This document shows positions 24,934 to 38,549 of a stretch of 64,000 nt of DNA, piece after piece (position 1 is the stretch's first letter; each line of letters opens with the position of its first letter). A model generated the notes under the pieces. The model was not told the origin of the DNA, ran no database searches, and was given only the letters and a program-made list of their open reading frames with translations. Source of the DNA: Babesia bigemina (Eukaryota); the NCBI RefSeq assembly GCF_000981445.1, contig NC_027217.1, positions 434,001 to 498,000 on the forward strand, given 5' to 3'. The translations under genes were made by a program, and so were the position numbers.

Positions 24934-25662
24934 ATGGAAGGCGACAAACCGACTGGATATTCCCTGCTATTGCGGAATCTCAGGTACAGCACGACCACGC
25001 AGTTGGTGAGGGAGGCCTTTGAACGCTTCGGGAAAATTCGCGATGTGTACCTTCCACTGGACTTCAACACCAAACGGCCCCGGGGCTTCGGCTTCGTCGA
25101 GTTCAGCCACGAGGCTGACGCGATGGAGGCGGTGAAGGCCATGGATAACGCCAAACTGGACGGTAACGTCATCACGTGCTGCATGGCGCAAGACAGGCGC
25201 AAATCTCCGAACTCCATGCGCCGAGCCTACAACAACGCCACGCCGGGCAGGAGGTACGATTTTTCGCCGCCGAACGCGCGCAACGGCCAGCGCCAGGACT
25301 ACTACCCTGGCATGAGGTCCCGCAGCAGGAGCCCCGCCGCGCGCTACTCCCGAAGGTCGCCCAGCTACGACCGCCGGTACCCTCCCATGCGCGACGACTA
25401 CCCGTACTACTACAGGCGCGATCACGACCGCTCGCCGCAGCGGTACCCGCGCCACTACCCTCCGCATTCCAGGGAGTACCGGGACCACAGGCCGGAGTAC
25501 ATGGAGCGCGACGCCAGGCGGTACACCGTCCGGCCCCCGCACATAGACTACGCGAGACCAGTTCACGAACGCAGAAGGTCGCCTCCGAGGGGGCCCGAGC
25601 CTGAAGAGCTGTCGCCAGACTCGCACGACATGCAGGCCCGGAGGCCGCCTCGCAAAATCTAA
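24934..25662 (+). CDS. SR-family splicing factor (single RRM plus RS/RY-rich tail; SRSF10/SC35-like)
   Basis: SLLLRNL...FERFGKIRDVYLPLDFNTKRPRGFGFVEF...DRRKSPNSM, then RSRSRSP. Confidence 0.9.
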   Translation: MEGDKPTGYSLLLRNLRYSTTTQLVREAFERFGKIRDVYLPLDFNTKRPRGFGFVEFSHEADAMEAVKAMDNAKLDGNVITCCMAQDRRKSPNSMRRAYNNATPGRRYDFSPPNARNGQRQDYYPGMRSRSRSPAARYSRRSPSYDRRYPPMRDDYPYYYRRDHDRSPQRYPRHYPPHSREYRDHRPEYMERDARRYTVRPPHIDYARPVHERRRSPPRGPEPEELSPDSHDMQARRPPRKI

Positions 25663-26089
25663 GCTGCACACGGAAGCCACATCGGGAGATGACAACACGA
25701 ACATCTGATTGCATCGCGGCAGCGGTGCAAGACTCAATACCGACATGGCGGAGGAGTGGCAGGGACGCTCATCTCAAGGCACACGACACACGGAAAGAAG
25801 CGCCGTATAGTGGGAACACTAGTGGCATTGCCGGTTACTGAGCAGGAGGCACGTATTTAACACCCCGAAACTTCTATCATCAAATATACCAAAAAGAGGT
25901 CCAGCAGGCGCTCAACGCTTGGTGACAAACGGTCAGCAGGCGCCTCTGGAAAAAACGCAAACAATTAGTTACACGAAAAAGCAAAACACGTTTCGCCTAC
26001 TCGCAGTAGGGAGATTTATGAAAGACTCGAAATTGAAGCTGATTTAGTTCGAAGCACATGGGCATCAGTATACGATACCGGGCCCCACC

Positions 26090-27859
26090 TTAGCTGGCCG
26101 GCGGCTCCCCCAGCCGCAACTGGTGGTAAATCAGGCGGCGCCACAGTTCCAGCACAAACCTCTGGCTCTCGTCGTCCATGAACTGCTCGACGTCGGATAG
26201 CAGCTCGGTTGGGCCGGGGCGCTCTACGAGGCGGCCAGCCAGGAATTCCAGCACCTCCCCCACCACCGACTCGTCGTCGCCCATCAGCTCAGACACGCAG
26301 CCGCGCATCCAGGGCTCGATCGAAGAGAACAGGCCGCCGTCGGACAGAATGCGATCCCAGTCCAGAGGATACGCGAACACGTCAGCCTCATCTTTGGGAA
26401 CGCGTGCCCAAATCTCGGCGTCGGGCAGGCCCAACTGGATCTGGGGGCGGTGGCTGCGGTTGAATATGGGCTCGTCCTCGTCGGCGGCGTTGCCGAACAC
26501 TGTCGGCAACGCGTGTTTTGGCGGCTCCGCGGGCGGCTGCTGCACGACCGGCGCCGCCAGGGGGATGGTGCAACGGGCCTCGGAGCTTGACAACTCAAGC
26601 GCCTCCTCCCGCGCGTCCTCGAGGTCCATCTCGCGCTCCCGATCACGTTCGCGGCTGCTCGTGGAACGTGCGAAGCCTTCAAGGTCCTCCTTCACCAGGC
26701 GTTCGCGGGTGCTCCGCCGGACCGTGCCGATGCGCTGCAGTTTCCGGAGCAGCGACGCTTCCTCCATCAGCCACTCGCGCTCCTCGCGCCTGAAAATGTC
26801 GTCCTTCTCCCGTTGGCGCGACTTGAACTTGCTGCGGCGGGCGCACTCCTTCGGGTGGACCGTGTACTCCTTCGACGTAAGGTGCTGCGACTCGTTCGCA
26901 GCGTCGCTGTTCTTCACGGTGGTCGCCGAATCGCTGCGATGGTCCGTACGACGTGGTGCTCTGACCACATCGCCGCGCGACGAGGCTGCTGACGGGCCGC
27001 CAGCCTGAATGTCGCGCACCTCGTATTTAATGAGGTTCTCGAACGAGCGGCGGAGCTCTGCCTCCGGAGCCTTGAAAATCTCGCGCAGCTCGTCGTCGCT
27101 CATGTCTGGGTGATCGTCCCTCAGGCCGCTTATTTGCTCCGTTACCCATTCCTCGACCAAACCACGCACTCTGTCGTTGCAGCTCACCTAAGGCGATTGA
27201 TGGCAATCAGCAGATAGATCACATACCTTCACCTGGCCGTCTCCGAACGGCAGGTTGGCCAGGCACTCCATCGCGTAATAAGCGCCTCGCGGCGACTCGA
27301 ACTCGCACAACGCGAAGTTAGCCAGCAGGCCGCTGGACGGGTCCGCATGCCGCTTGAAGTTGATCAACTTGCCGCATTTCTGAGCACCGTGCGACCGCGC
27401 GAACGTAAAACGTGACCTACCTGCATTATGTTGATCACGAAATCGCTGGAGGTGCCGGAGTGGAGGCCGCCGACGTAGACCACATTCACCATCGGCGGCG
27501 GCTCTGGGTCCTGGACCGGAAGGGCGACCGTCGCCGGCATCATCAACGTGTCTATCAGGCCGGGCACCACGTTGGATGAATACCCGACCGGAGCCGTAGG
27601 CGCACTAGGACCCTTGGCGATCACGGCCGGAGGTGCCGGGTAGGCCGCCTCGGAAATTTCCATCCCCGGCGGAGGAGGGCACGGCGGCATCATCATGCCT
27701 GAGTCACATGGACGACATACGCCGCTAAGCAACGTACCGGGCCCAGGAATCTGAGGGGTGAAGTTGTGAGGAGGAGCTCCGTAAGCCGGTTGAAACGGCG
27801 CTGCTCAAAAATGGCAGTTTCAGGGTGCGAGACCTACCGTTCATATCCGGTGCCGACAT
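26090..27859 (-). CDS. RBM25/Snu71-like splicing factor (Pro-rich N-terminus, RRM, charged region, C-terminal PWI; multi-exon)
   Basis: RRM start VYVGGL; C-terminal PWI-like region VPKDEADVFAYPLDWD...IEPWM...FMDDESQRFVLELWRRLIY. Confidence 0.85.
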
Positions 27860-28961
27860 CTCGTCTCAAGAGCATATGAGACTGCTATGCATCACAAAAC
27901 ATCGCCAGAATTTTTGTAAATCGGCCGCTTAGCGCCAATGGCGATGTTTCGCCGTGGAAGAACAGCAAACGCATAGGAAGACGCCCGCAGTCCCAAAGCA
28001 CCGATAACTGCCGAACGCATACGGAGCGCGAATGGCTCAGCACTGTCGCCTACTAACCGCGTGGCAATTGTGGATCCGAAATATTGGACTCTGTATGGTG
28101 CTGTGACGTGAATAACCGATACTCAACAGCCTGAGGGAGCGTTGCGCTACAAAGAGTCCCCGAGCACAAAATATAGGCGCCCAGCCCATACATCTAATTG
28201 TATTTCTAAATCACGCCTACAACCATTTTCGATTAGAAGACTGGTGTTTCCTTTCGGACGGATGTCGCGTGACTGTTCCTAACGAATGTACCCTGGTCGA
28301 TGGATGTGAGCTACGGCAGAGCAGAGTAGCTGCATCTGTTCTAACTATGGCACGCCTAATGTGACTCTAATTGACATCTGACGCCAAAAAGGCTGTCTTC
28401 TCCAGCTTTATTACACAGCGGTAATCAACACCGTGCCCGGCGTCGTGGCGGCAAGAAGATGGATTATAGGCATCCACAGTACCAACTTTAATACGATTCG
28501 TTTAGGTGTATATGTAACTTCGGGGAATCTTGATCCTGCCGGTCGTTATCGGCTGCAATGGCAGTGTTGCCGTTACCCGTCGAACCCCTTAGTGACTAAT
28601 GCTCCATGAGGCCTCGGAGAAGCCCTCTGGCAGCGCCAACAGATAAAAGGACACCTGGTAAGAGCCTTCCGTATGACACATAGCGCAAACCACTATCCAC
28701 CGGCGACCAGTCACGCCAACCGCCACTGCAACGACGGCGTACCCAGTGGCCAGCACAAAAAGCCGGAAATTTTGTCGACAACCGAGTTATACAGGCGACT
28801 GATGCAGTACGCCCCGACAAATGATCACACGAGTGTATACAAGAGCCAGATATGAACACACAAAAATGAGAACATAAAGAAATTGAAAGCTGTTGGGATG
28901 GCTTCAAGTGAAGCCTTAGACGATATTAGAGTACGCTTAAATTTCAGTGGGAATAGGAGCC

Positions 28962-30186
<1,225 letters not shown>

Positions 30187-30615
30187 ATGACGGCAGACGA
30201 AAAGAGTGCTGTTGGTGGTGGACGCAAAAAGACCGTCAAGTCGGTCACCAAATCGGCCAAGGCCGGCCTCCAGTTCCCGGTCGGACGTATCGGCAGGTAC
30301 CTCAAGAACGGCAGGTACGCCAAGCGTGTTGGTGCCGGCGCACCAGTCTACTTGGCTGCTGTCCTCGAGTACCTGTGCGCTGAGATCTTGGAGCTCGCGG
30401 GAAACGCCGCTCGTGACAACAAGAAATCCCGTATCATCCCCCGCCACATCCAGCTGGCCATCAGGAACGACGAGGAGCTTTCTAAATTCTTGGCTGGCAT
30501 CACCATCGCCTCCGGTGGTGTGATGCCGAACGTGCAGGCCGTACTTCTCCCCAAAAAGAAAGACGGCGAGCCCGTTCAATCCGGCATGGACGAGGAAGAG
30601 CACCACGACGATTGA
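30187..30615 (+). CDS. H2A: Histone H2A with an acidic C-terminal extension
   Basis: [13 protein letters not shown]...[26 protein letters not shown]...IRNDEEL...GGVMPNV; tail [10 protein letters not shown]. Confidence 0.97.
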   Translation: MTADEKSAVGGGRKKTVKSVTKSAKAGLQFPVGRIGRYLKNGRYAKRVGAGAPVYLAAVLEYLCAEILELAGNAARDNKKSRIIPRHIQLAIRNDEELSKFLAGITIASGGVMPNVQAVLLPKKKDGEPVQSGMDEEEHHDD

Positions 30616-30809
30616 GCACGCTTTTCGTCAATTAGCACAACCTATTGAGATGAGACGAGAGATCTTCTTACAATTTCCCCACCATACACACTGGTGACAC
30701 GACGATATTAGAGCAAACGCTTTCAATTTCAGGCTTCACTTGAAGTCATCATCAACCGGCAATAATTTTATATAAACACCTTAACCTATATGTAGCGAGT
30801 TGTGCTGAA

Positions 30810-33800
30810 ATGGACGGCTACGTTAGGCGTGAGCGAGCTCCCCTGGAGCTGCTCGACGACGAGCCAGTGTAGGCGGCGCCGTGGCGGTTCACATGGGTTT
30901 GCAGGGGAGAATGCAGCGACGCCGAGGTGGACGAGGAGGAGCTGAACGACTTCCTGATGGGAGAGGCGCTTTCAGGCGCGGAACCCAGACAGAAGCGGCG
31001 GCACTCCTTCGCCGACAAGTACCTGCGCAAGCTGATGCGGAGGAAGCAGAGAGCCAACAAACGCATGGTTCAGAAGTCTATCGCAATACAGAGAAAGAGG
31101 CGGAGGCGCAGGACCGCGGCACATGCCTCCAAACTGACTCCGCAACTGGAGAAACTCATGCAGGATGCGACGACGCAGTACCTCTGCGGCAACTTTGGGG
31201 ATGCCGTCAAGCTGCTGAAGGAGCTGGTCAGACGCGCGCCGGGGCTACACGACCCGTTCCACATGCTGGGGCTCATATACCAGGAGGAATACAAGGACCC
31301 AGTGACCGCCACGGGGTACTACCTGCTGGCGGCACACCTCGTGCAGACGGACCTCGAGCTCTGGCGGCGCATCGGTGAAATGTCGCAGCAAATCGGCAAC
31401 ATCGACCAGGCCATATACTGCTTCAAGAAATGCCTCAAAACAAGCGAGGGAGAGCCCAATGAGGAAGCGAACTTCGCCCTGGCCATGTGCTACCTGGAAA
31501 AGAACGACCATCACAACGCCATCAAAAGGTTGCACCTGCTGTTCCAGATACACCCAGATGATGCGTTGCTGTTGAGCGAGCTCACGAAGTCGCTCATGGC
31601 CGTCGGTGATAAGGAGACGCTGCTAGGGGTGCTGATGACATTCTACCGAAGCACCGGCAACATCGACGTGGCAACGAGCGCGTGCCAGCTGCAGATTAAC
31701 CTCAAACTCTATTCGGAGTGCGTTGAATTCGTCACCACGGTAACTGATGCGTTGCAACTCGACATACTTAACGTGCCGATGGACATGCTCGTGTCGTACG
31801 CCATCGCATCGCTGCACGGCGACAGCTTTCCGATAAAGGAGTTGAATGCGATATGGGAGGCAGAAGGCGTGTCAGCACATCGATACTACGCAGTGGCGAA
31901 CGCCATCGCGAACAAGTGCCAAGAAACGGCCCTCAAGTGGTTCAAGAAGGGATACAGCGCCGACGACCCCGAGACCGTTAACGCCATGCTGCCCGAGCAC
32001 GCGATACAGATGGCGAGGGCGCTGGTGATGGTGGACAAAGACCATGAAACAGCCGTCGGAATCTTGCAGACAGTGCTGGCGCGCGAGCCGACGAACTCGC
32101 AGGTTATCATACTGCTGGCTGACATCCTGGGCGACGCCGGGAAGCACTCCAAGGCCGACGAGCTGCTAGCGCGACTGACGACCACCGACCTGGATAGACT
32201 TAAAATGATACAGAAGTGGGTTCTAGTGTATCTGGCTCGTGCTGCATGCGTCACCGCAACTCGTGGTTTTCTGGGTTATGCTGCAGATGCAGTGCCCAAC
32301 CCCGTGGTGCTGTGATGGCCGTACGCACGGCGGTAACAACGAAAGTTGCATCTCATTATACGCCGGTCATATAAAAACAGGCCTATCGACGCGGAGGAAC
32401 GCGTGTCTGAGATCAAGAGTCTCGTGGACGCGGTGCAATCGCTCGTGCTTGAGTGCTTCAGTATCGTCCACCTCAGGCCGGATCCGTGTATATTGTTGGT
32501 GAAGGATGGGATGCGGGATTCCCCCGGGTTTGCATCTATCATGGAGGAAGTTAATCTCTGGATTGATCGCTTCGTAAGGGTGGTCAGCGACTGCGAGCTC
32601 GACACGGAGCGCACGTACCAAAAGCTGAGCAACGACAGGCTGATCAAATCGCACGCCGAAGAGGCCGTTAGTCTGGAGTACATGGATGTGCGCAAGGAAG
32701 TCGGGAAAAACTACTCGTTCCTCAAGACCAAAAAGGACCTGGGGTTGCAGTCGGTGGAGGACATCGTGGGTAGGTCCGCCTGTCGATGATGGACAAAACG
32801 CAGGTTGGAATGGTTACGAGAACCTGCTGATGTACGCGTCAGCGCTCATGGCGACGGCGGGGCGTGCCCGAGAGGGCGTGCAGCTGCTCGAAATCGTCGC
32901 AAATAACAGGAAAAGGTACAAGTCCAACACGGACATCACGGAGCGAAAACAGCTCCTGTCGACCGTGGAGGAACTCTCCTACCGTACGTGTACACGCAGC
33001 CACCATAACCGCTTGCAGATCTCAGCTGTTTCGGCGGGATTTACAAGGTGGCGCTGGTCCACGCGAGGGGCGAACTTGCCAAAAAGGGCAGCCTCAAGAG
33101 GTACGGCATGCTGCTGGCCACCGGCAACCTCGCCAAGGCTGCGCTCGAGCCGCTTTCGTCGTCCTCTGAAAAGGACGCGCTGCTCGAAAACAGGTCATGG
33201 ATAGCCAGGCAGCTGCTACAGAAGCCGCAAAACTACGAGCTGCTCATGCTGGCAGGGCACTACTGCACCATGTCCGGCAAGTGGCTCTTCGCCATCGAGG
33301 AGTACAAAAGGGCGCTGATACAGAGGCCGAACGACTCCGTCGCGGCGCTGTGCCTCGCCACCAGCTATTTCAACTCGCTCGGGAGCAAAACGATGGAGGT
33401 GAGGTTCCGCAGTGCACGCAACATCGCGCGAAGGACACCAAGAAGGGACTGCTGCTCGGCATGACCTTCCTTCAGTACAGCATCAAGTTGCGGACCACGC
33501 AAACGTCGACGCATCCGTGCCATGCGATATTCGCCGCGGAGTGTCAATACAACATAGCCAGGTGGGTGTGTGAGCTCGGGGACACAGCTAATGCAGGGCC
33601 ATGCACTTCCTCAACCTCGTGCATATGGCGGTACCACTGTACGAACAGTGCATCAACACCATTAGGGACGCAGAGGAAGAGTTCAATGGCATTGAAAGCA
33701 GTGACGTGATCGAGTGCCCGTGCGTCATATGCTACATGAGCCGCAGAAGCGGACACGGCTTCCCGCACGCGACGAGCGAAGTCACTGGCGGAAAGTTCGT

Positions 33801-33959
33801 CTGGAATAACGAACGGAAACAGATTCTGCGGGTAGGTGAACGTAACTGTGGTATATACGGCCGCAGGCGGCGGCATACAACCTGTTCCTCATATACACCT
33901 CCAACAAGAACACCGCTCAGGCCGCGTACGTGGCCACACACTGCCTTCAGTGGGAGTAG
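30810..33959 (+). CDS. TPR-repeat TFIIIC subunit Tfc4/GTF3C3 (multi-exon)
   Basis: TPR array ([13 protein letters not shown]...[11 protein letters not shown]...YLLAAHL...WRRIG), later [24 protein letters not shown], and predicted last exon AAYNLFLIY...NTAQA, typical of the Tfc4 C-terminus. Confidence 0.8.
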
Positions 33960-33973
33960 ACATGTAGCGCATA

Positions 33974-35192
33974 ATGCTAAGCACGAAATACACTTCCGCC
34001 TTAATAGGGGCATTCTGGGTAACTTCGCGCCGATTAACGCTCACAGTTTGCCGCAGCGCCAGGCTAGGGCGCTGCGCTCCCGCGCCCTGGTAGCCCAGGC
34101 TGAAGAGGCACACTACGTCGTCAGCAACCCCAAAACCGCTGCGGACTGGCCTCCTAAGCACGACCATGGCGAGCCGATGACTCTGGAGAAGTGCAAGAAG
34201 ATCATGTACGATCTCAATGCGCTGGAGATGCATCGAATGAGGAATGCGCGCAAATTCAACGTACTTCGCCTCTCATAGCTGCCTTAAACATGTTCAGATG
34301 CCGTCTATAAACCTGGGTGATCTCGTCGAAGTCAAGTACGAGCTATCTCGAACGCAGCAGACCTTTGCAACCTTCCAGGGTAGGAACTCACCGACCGAAG
34401 CGAAAGCTTACAGGGTACTGCGTTGACATAAGACGACGGGGACTCAACTCGTCATTTACTTTGAAAAACGCATTCGACGGAGTCGGAGTCACCCAAATGG
34501 TGCCTTACTACTCCCCTCGGCTCATGAATGTCAAGGTAGCTCGTAAAACCTATGCGACAATCCAGCGAAGGTCATGAAAAGCGTGTCTAAGGCTGCAACT
34601 GCGGCAAACAGGGCTGCAAGAATCCAAAAACCCATAACTAGGGACTACAGATACAGGTTCCACCTCAACGTCAGACATAGGTTCTCCAGACGCAGAGGGG
34701 TGCATAAACCGGGTAAGAATTTGCATTCTTTCGCCAGCACAGTCGGCTGTAGGCATCCGAAACTTCGAAATCCGGCTCAAAAACAGAATCGCAAGGCTCA
34801 AAAACAGCTACTACCAGATGAGGTTCGAGGCGGGGCTGCCCTCTTATGTCTGGGGAGGAGCTTACAACATAAACACGACAAGCAGAGCAAGGTATCCATT
34901 GTAAACTCCAATACACCTCATCGCCGTGCAGGCTGGTTCGTGCGGAGACGAACAGACGCATGCGCATATATAGCATGGTACGTCGATGTGCCGCCAGTCA
35001 CAGCGAACTTGTAGGACGAGCAGCGCCTCAGGAGCGAAAAGCTGCACAAGAGACGCGAAAGGTCGAAGTGGGGAGTGTACAGGGTAGGAGGGACGATGCT
35101 GTCTGTTATTGTGTGCGCAGCTGCCTGGATTGAGGTACCTGAAATTGCTGGACACCCAGAAGCAAAACTCGCTGACAGAAAACAAAAATTAA
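33974..35192 (+). CDS. Organellar (probably mitochondrial) ribosomal protein bL19 (many short exons)
   Basis: [14 protein letters not shown]...[39 protein letters not shown] is the L19 core; presequence-like N-terminus [24 protein letters not shown]. The 3' exons are tentative. Confidence 0.78.
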
Positions 35193-35379
35193 GTACACGG
35201 ACTGTCTCTACATGTGCTCTTGCAGCACCTGTAGCCCCATTTCTTGCTGTCACGGTCGTAATATGATCCCCAGATTGTAGTGTGGCCTAGCGTATATACG
35301 TCTTCCTTGTACGCAGACAACGCATATACACGCGTATAGTTGCTTCTGTGCGTCGCTATGCCTTCAATATAGGCAACGC

Positions 35380-36565
35380 TTACCTCTCCGATGATTGTGG
35401 TGGGTCTCCCGATGGATCCGCGGGCGGTTCGCCACCTGCGGCATCAGGGCCTCCTAGAAACTCCGAACCGCCATAACGCTCCAGCAGTGCCTGTCTTTGC
35501 ACGCTTTTTTCTTTCTGCGGCAGCATGCTACTAAGGAAAAGGCGCAGCGTACCTGGCGTTTCTCCGAGTCCTTCTTGTACATGAACTCAAGTTCAGTGGG
35601 TTGTGCCATGAATTTTACGGCGGAGCCCTTTTGCTGCACCTCCCAGGCAAATTGCTGCAAGGCGTCAACCATTGAAGAACAGGACTTACCTCCATCTCCT
35701 TCAGCTTATGCGCATCGCCGGACGTGAAAATCTCGTTGTCCCCTCGGAATGTGTGCTGGCCGGTGTTTTCCATGCCTATTAGAGGGTCATCGCGCAGCGA
35801 GCGGGATTTCGGATCATAGAAGGCCGAATCGACATTCAAGTTGATGAGATATTTGGCGGTGTCTTCGCGAATGCGCAGGTTCCGCGTGGTCGTGCGCGTT
35901 CTATCGTCGGTGGTCCCGAATGTGGCTTCGCTGTCGGCGAATTCATCTTTCTCGTTCCCTCTAGGGCTCTCGTCGGTCTCCGCGGTTTGAGATTTTAGCT
36001 TGGCCGCCAGCTGCTGCATCTGGAGGCGCTCCTGCTCCTCCTCAACGGCCTGGTGGGCTTCGACGAGCAGCTGGTGGGAGGCCGGGTCGAAGCCTGCCCA
36101 ACGGTCGCGCACAGCTTCGTAGCCGGTTGCGGTGTTTTGCACTATGAACTCGTCTGGGCATATGTTGGAGTTGGTGTACTTCGCGCCCTTCTTCCGCGGC
36201 CGCTCGACGCAGCTCTTCGCGTCGTGGGTGATTGCACCGCAATTCTCACACGCGTTCTTGCGATACTTGATGGCCACATGAGAGGTGACGCCCTTTTGGC
36301 TGGGGGCGTCCAAATGTTGCCGCCGTTGCTCGTAGGCTCGCTGGTGTTGCAAACCTGAGGTCAGTGAAGGTGTAGACGCGGCATCCGACGCACCTGGAGT
36401 GGCATTCATGTACCACGGCGCCTTGGCGATGAACCGCGGGATGTGAGGGTTGACCTCGCGGTTGTCGTCAGTCCGCGAAGCATCACCATCAGCGGCTGCC
36501 TTGGCGGCTTCGGCTGCGTCGTTGGGACGCACGTCGCGCCGCGGCGGCTGAGAATCGCCCTGCAT
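35380..36565 (-). CDS. SLU7: Pre-mRNA splicing factor SLU7
   Basis: [14 protein letters not shown], zinc knuckle [48 protein letters not shown]. Confidence 0.95.
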
Positions 36566-37574
36566 TGGAACAGGTTTGGCAGAGCGAAGCAACCACGCGC
36601 AGCCGATGCCTCCGACAAACGGTGACCGCCGTTAACACAAGCGATACGGAGTACTTAGTGCATCCACTAAAGACGGCAAAAAAACGCGTGCCTATGCTGC
36701 GCCCACCTGCTAAGCAGATAATCCCAAAGGGAATTATCGGCAGACAACGTGTGCTACCTCACGTGTCCTACATTAATATAACACTTTGATGTGTTGGAAT
36801 GTTAATGAGCGCAATGAACAATGGAAACGCCGAAGATGCTCTAACGATACCATGGTCTCCATAAAATCAACACATTATTACACATTGGCTTGAAACAACC
36901 TTCACGCATTTTTAAAGTATGCTGTGCGTTGATAAACGTTGTCAAAAGGCTATGAAAGCAAGTGTATTCCCTTTGCTGAACTATTCATGATGCGACTCAC
37001 GGTTACAACGACCGTTTAGCGTATAATTCAAATATACGTGTACACATCGCCAGAATATCGCAATTCACGTTATTGTTTGCAAAGGTGGCACGCACGTTCT
37101 CCCAGGTGATCTGCGAGCCTTGGCGGCCGTCCCAAAGTGGCGCAATCAAACCCCGGGAGGTACCAAAATATCGGCTCTTGTATCACACATCTAAGGTAGC
37201 AACTTAATGGAGTGCGGTGGAAGTGGAAATCTGCGCAAACATGCAGCGCGCCATACCTGGGGAACCTGCGCAGCGAGAGGTAACACCTAAGCACCGGAAA
37301 GGTAACCCAAGGGCGCTCTTGTCACTCAAAGCGGATAAGGAGTTCTAAGCGCACAAAACTGCCCACAGCAAATAGGCCATGCGGTGGACGAGAGCCTAGT
37401 TCGCAGGGGACGCCTCTGCGCATCGTGGAGAATGTGCGAACGCCCATAGACAAACACGGGTGCGGCAAAAAGCTCAGTCTTAAGGAAGCACGCCGCTAAA
37501 CATTCAGCCATAAACCAGCGGTTTAGACGGCTTTCGCGGCAGATATATCGCAAGGCACTTACACATCTGCCAAA

Positions 37575-38549
37575 ATGTTGGAGCAGCCGATGGGTTCTCT
37601 CGCGGGCGCTGCCGCAGTTAAGAAAACCAACACAACTTGCTTCAGGAACATAGCACTCTTCATCACAGGTGCGCAGCAGTGACGACCCGGTAATGATGTG
37701 CAGTGTTCATGTACGCCGGTATGATGAGCATCGTCCTCAGGCCATATCTGAGCCCTCTCAGCGCCTACGGATTCGTCATTGCGGCTACTTTTAACGTTGT
37801 ATTCGGACTCTTCTTCATAAGCTTTATCCGGGTTAGTCGACGGAGTATTCCGCTAATGTTGCAACAGTCCTCGAACACCGACCCTGGAGCGGTGCCAACA
37901 AACTGGGGATTCTATATGGGAGACGACACCAAAAGGAGGCGGTATTGCAAAGTGTGTAACGTATGGAAGCCAGACAGAACACACCACTGTTCCGCATGCA
38001 ACCGTTGCGTGCTAAACATGGACCACCACTGCCCGTGGATCAGCAACTGTGTCGGGTTCTACAACCGCAAGTACTTTATGCAACTGCTCGTATACGCTGT
38101 TCTGGGGCTACTGTTTATTGTCGTACAAGCGTAAGTGCCTGCAGAGAATAGTTCACGGATCTTGCAGCGTGTACTACCTCATCAACGAATCTATGCTTAG
38201 TGAAAGCGCAGACGATCTTGCGAAACACGACTCGGGGATCAGAGCCATCGCAAACATATACGTGTGCGTAATGGTCTTCGTTGGACTTGCGCTGATATTT
38301 GCACTTATTCCGTTCGTGCAGTTCCACTTCAAGCTCGTGCTCAAAAACTCAACCACCATCGAAAACCTCGATGACGCAACGAAGGATCAAGGACTCTACG
38401 ATATGGGAATAGGCGCCAATTTGCAGCAGGTATTCGGTGTCAACCCGTTCTGCTGGTTCGCGCCTTGCAACCTGCCGCTCAACCGCCCGGTTGGGGACGG
38501 TGTCAGATGGACGCAGTACTACTACGACAACATACCAGAAGGACCTTAA
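37575..38549 (+). CDS. DHHC palmitoyltransferase (multi-exon)
   Basis: CKVCNVWKPDRTHHCSACNRCVLNMDHHCPWISNCVGFYNRKYF, plus DPG, TTIE and YDMG...NLQQVFG motifs. Confidence 0.96.

Noticed and set aside
9933..27008. Long antisense or alternate-frame ORFs (e.g. 9933-10895, 17863-18690, 21288-22013, 26178-27008)
   Set aside because: Shadow ORFs expected from the high GC3 of the real genes.
28150..28535. AAAGAGTCCCCG plus downstream CGGGGAATC as a possible RNase MRP P4 helix
   Set aside because: The 3' element lacks the GGGGCT-type consensus and no other conserved regions are visible; an Infernal scan would be needed.
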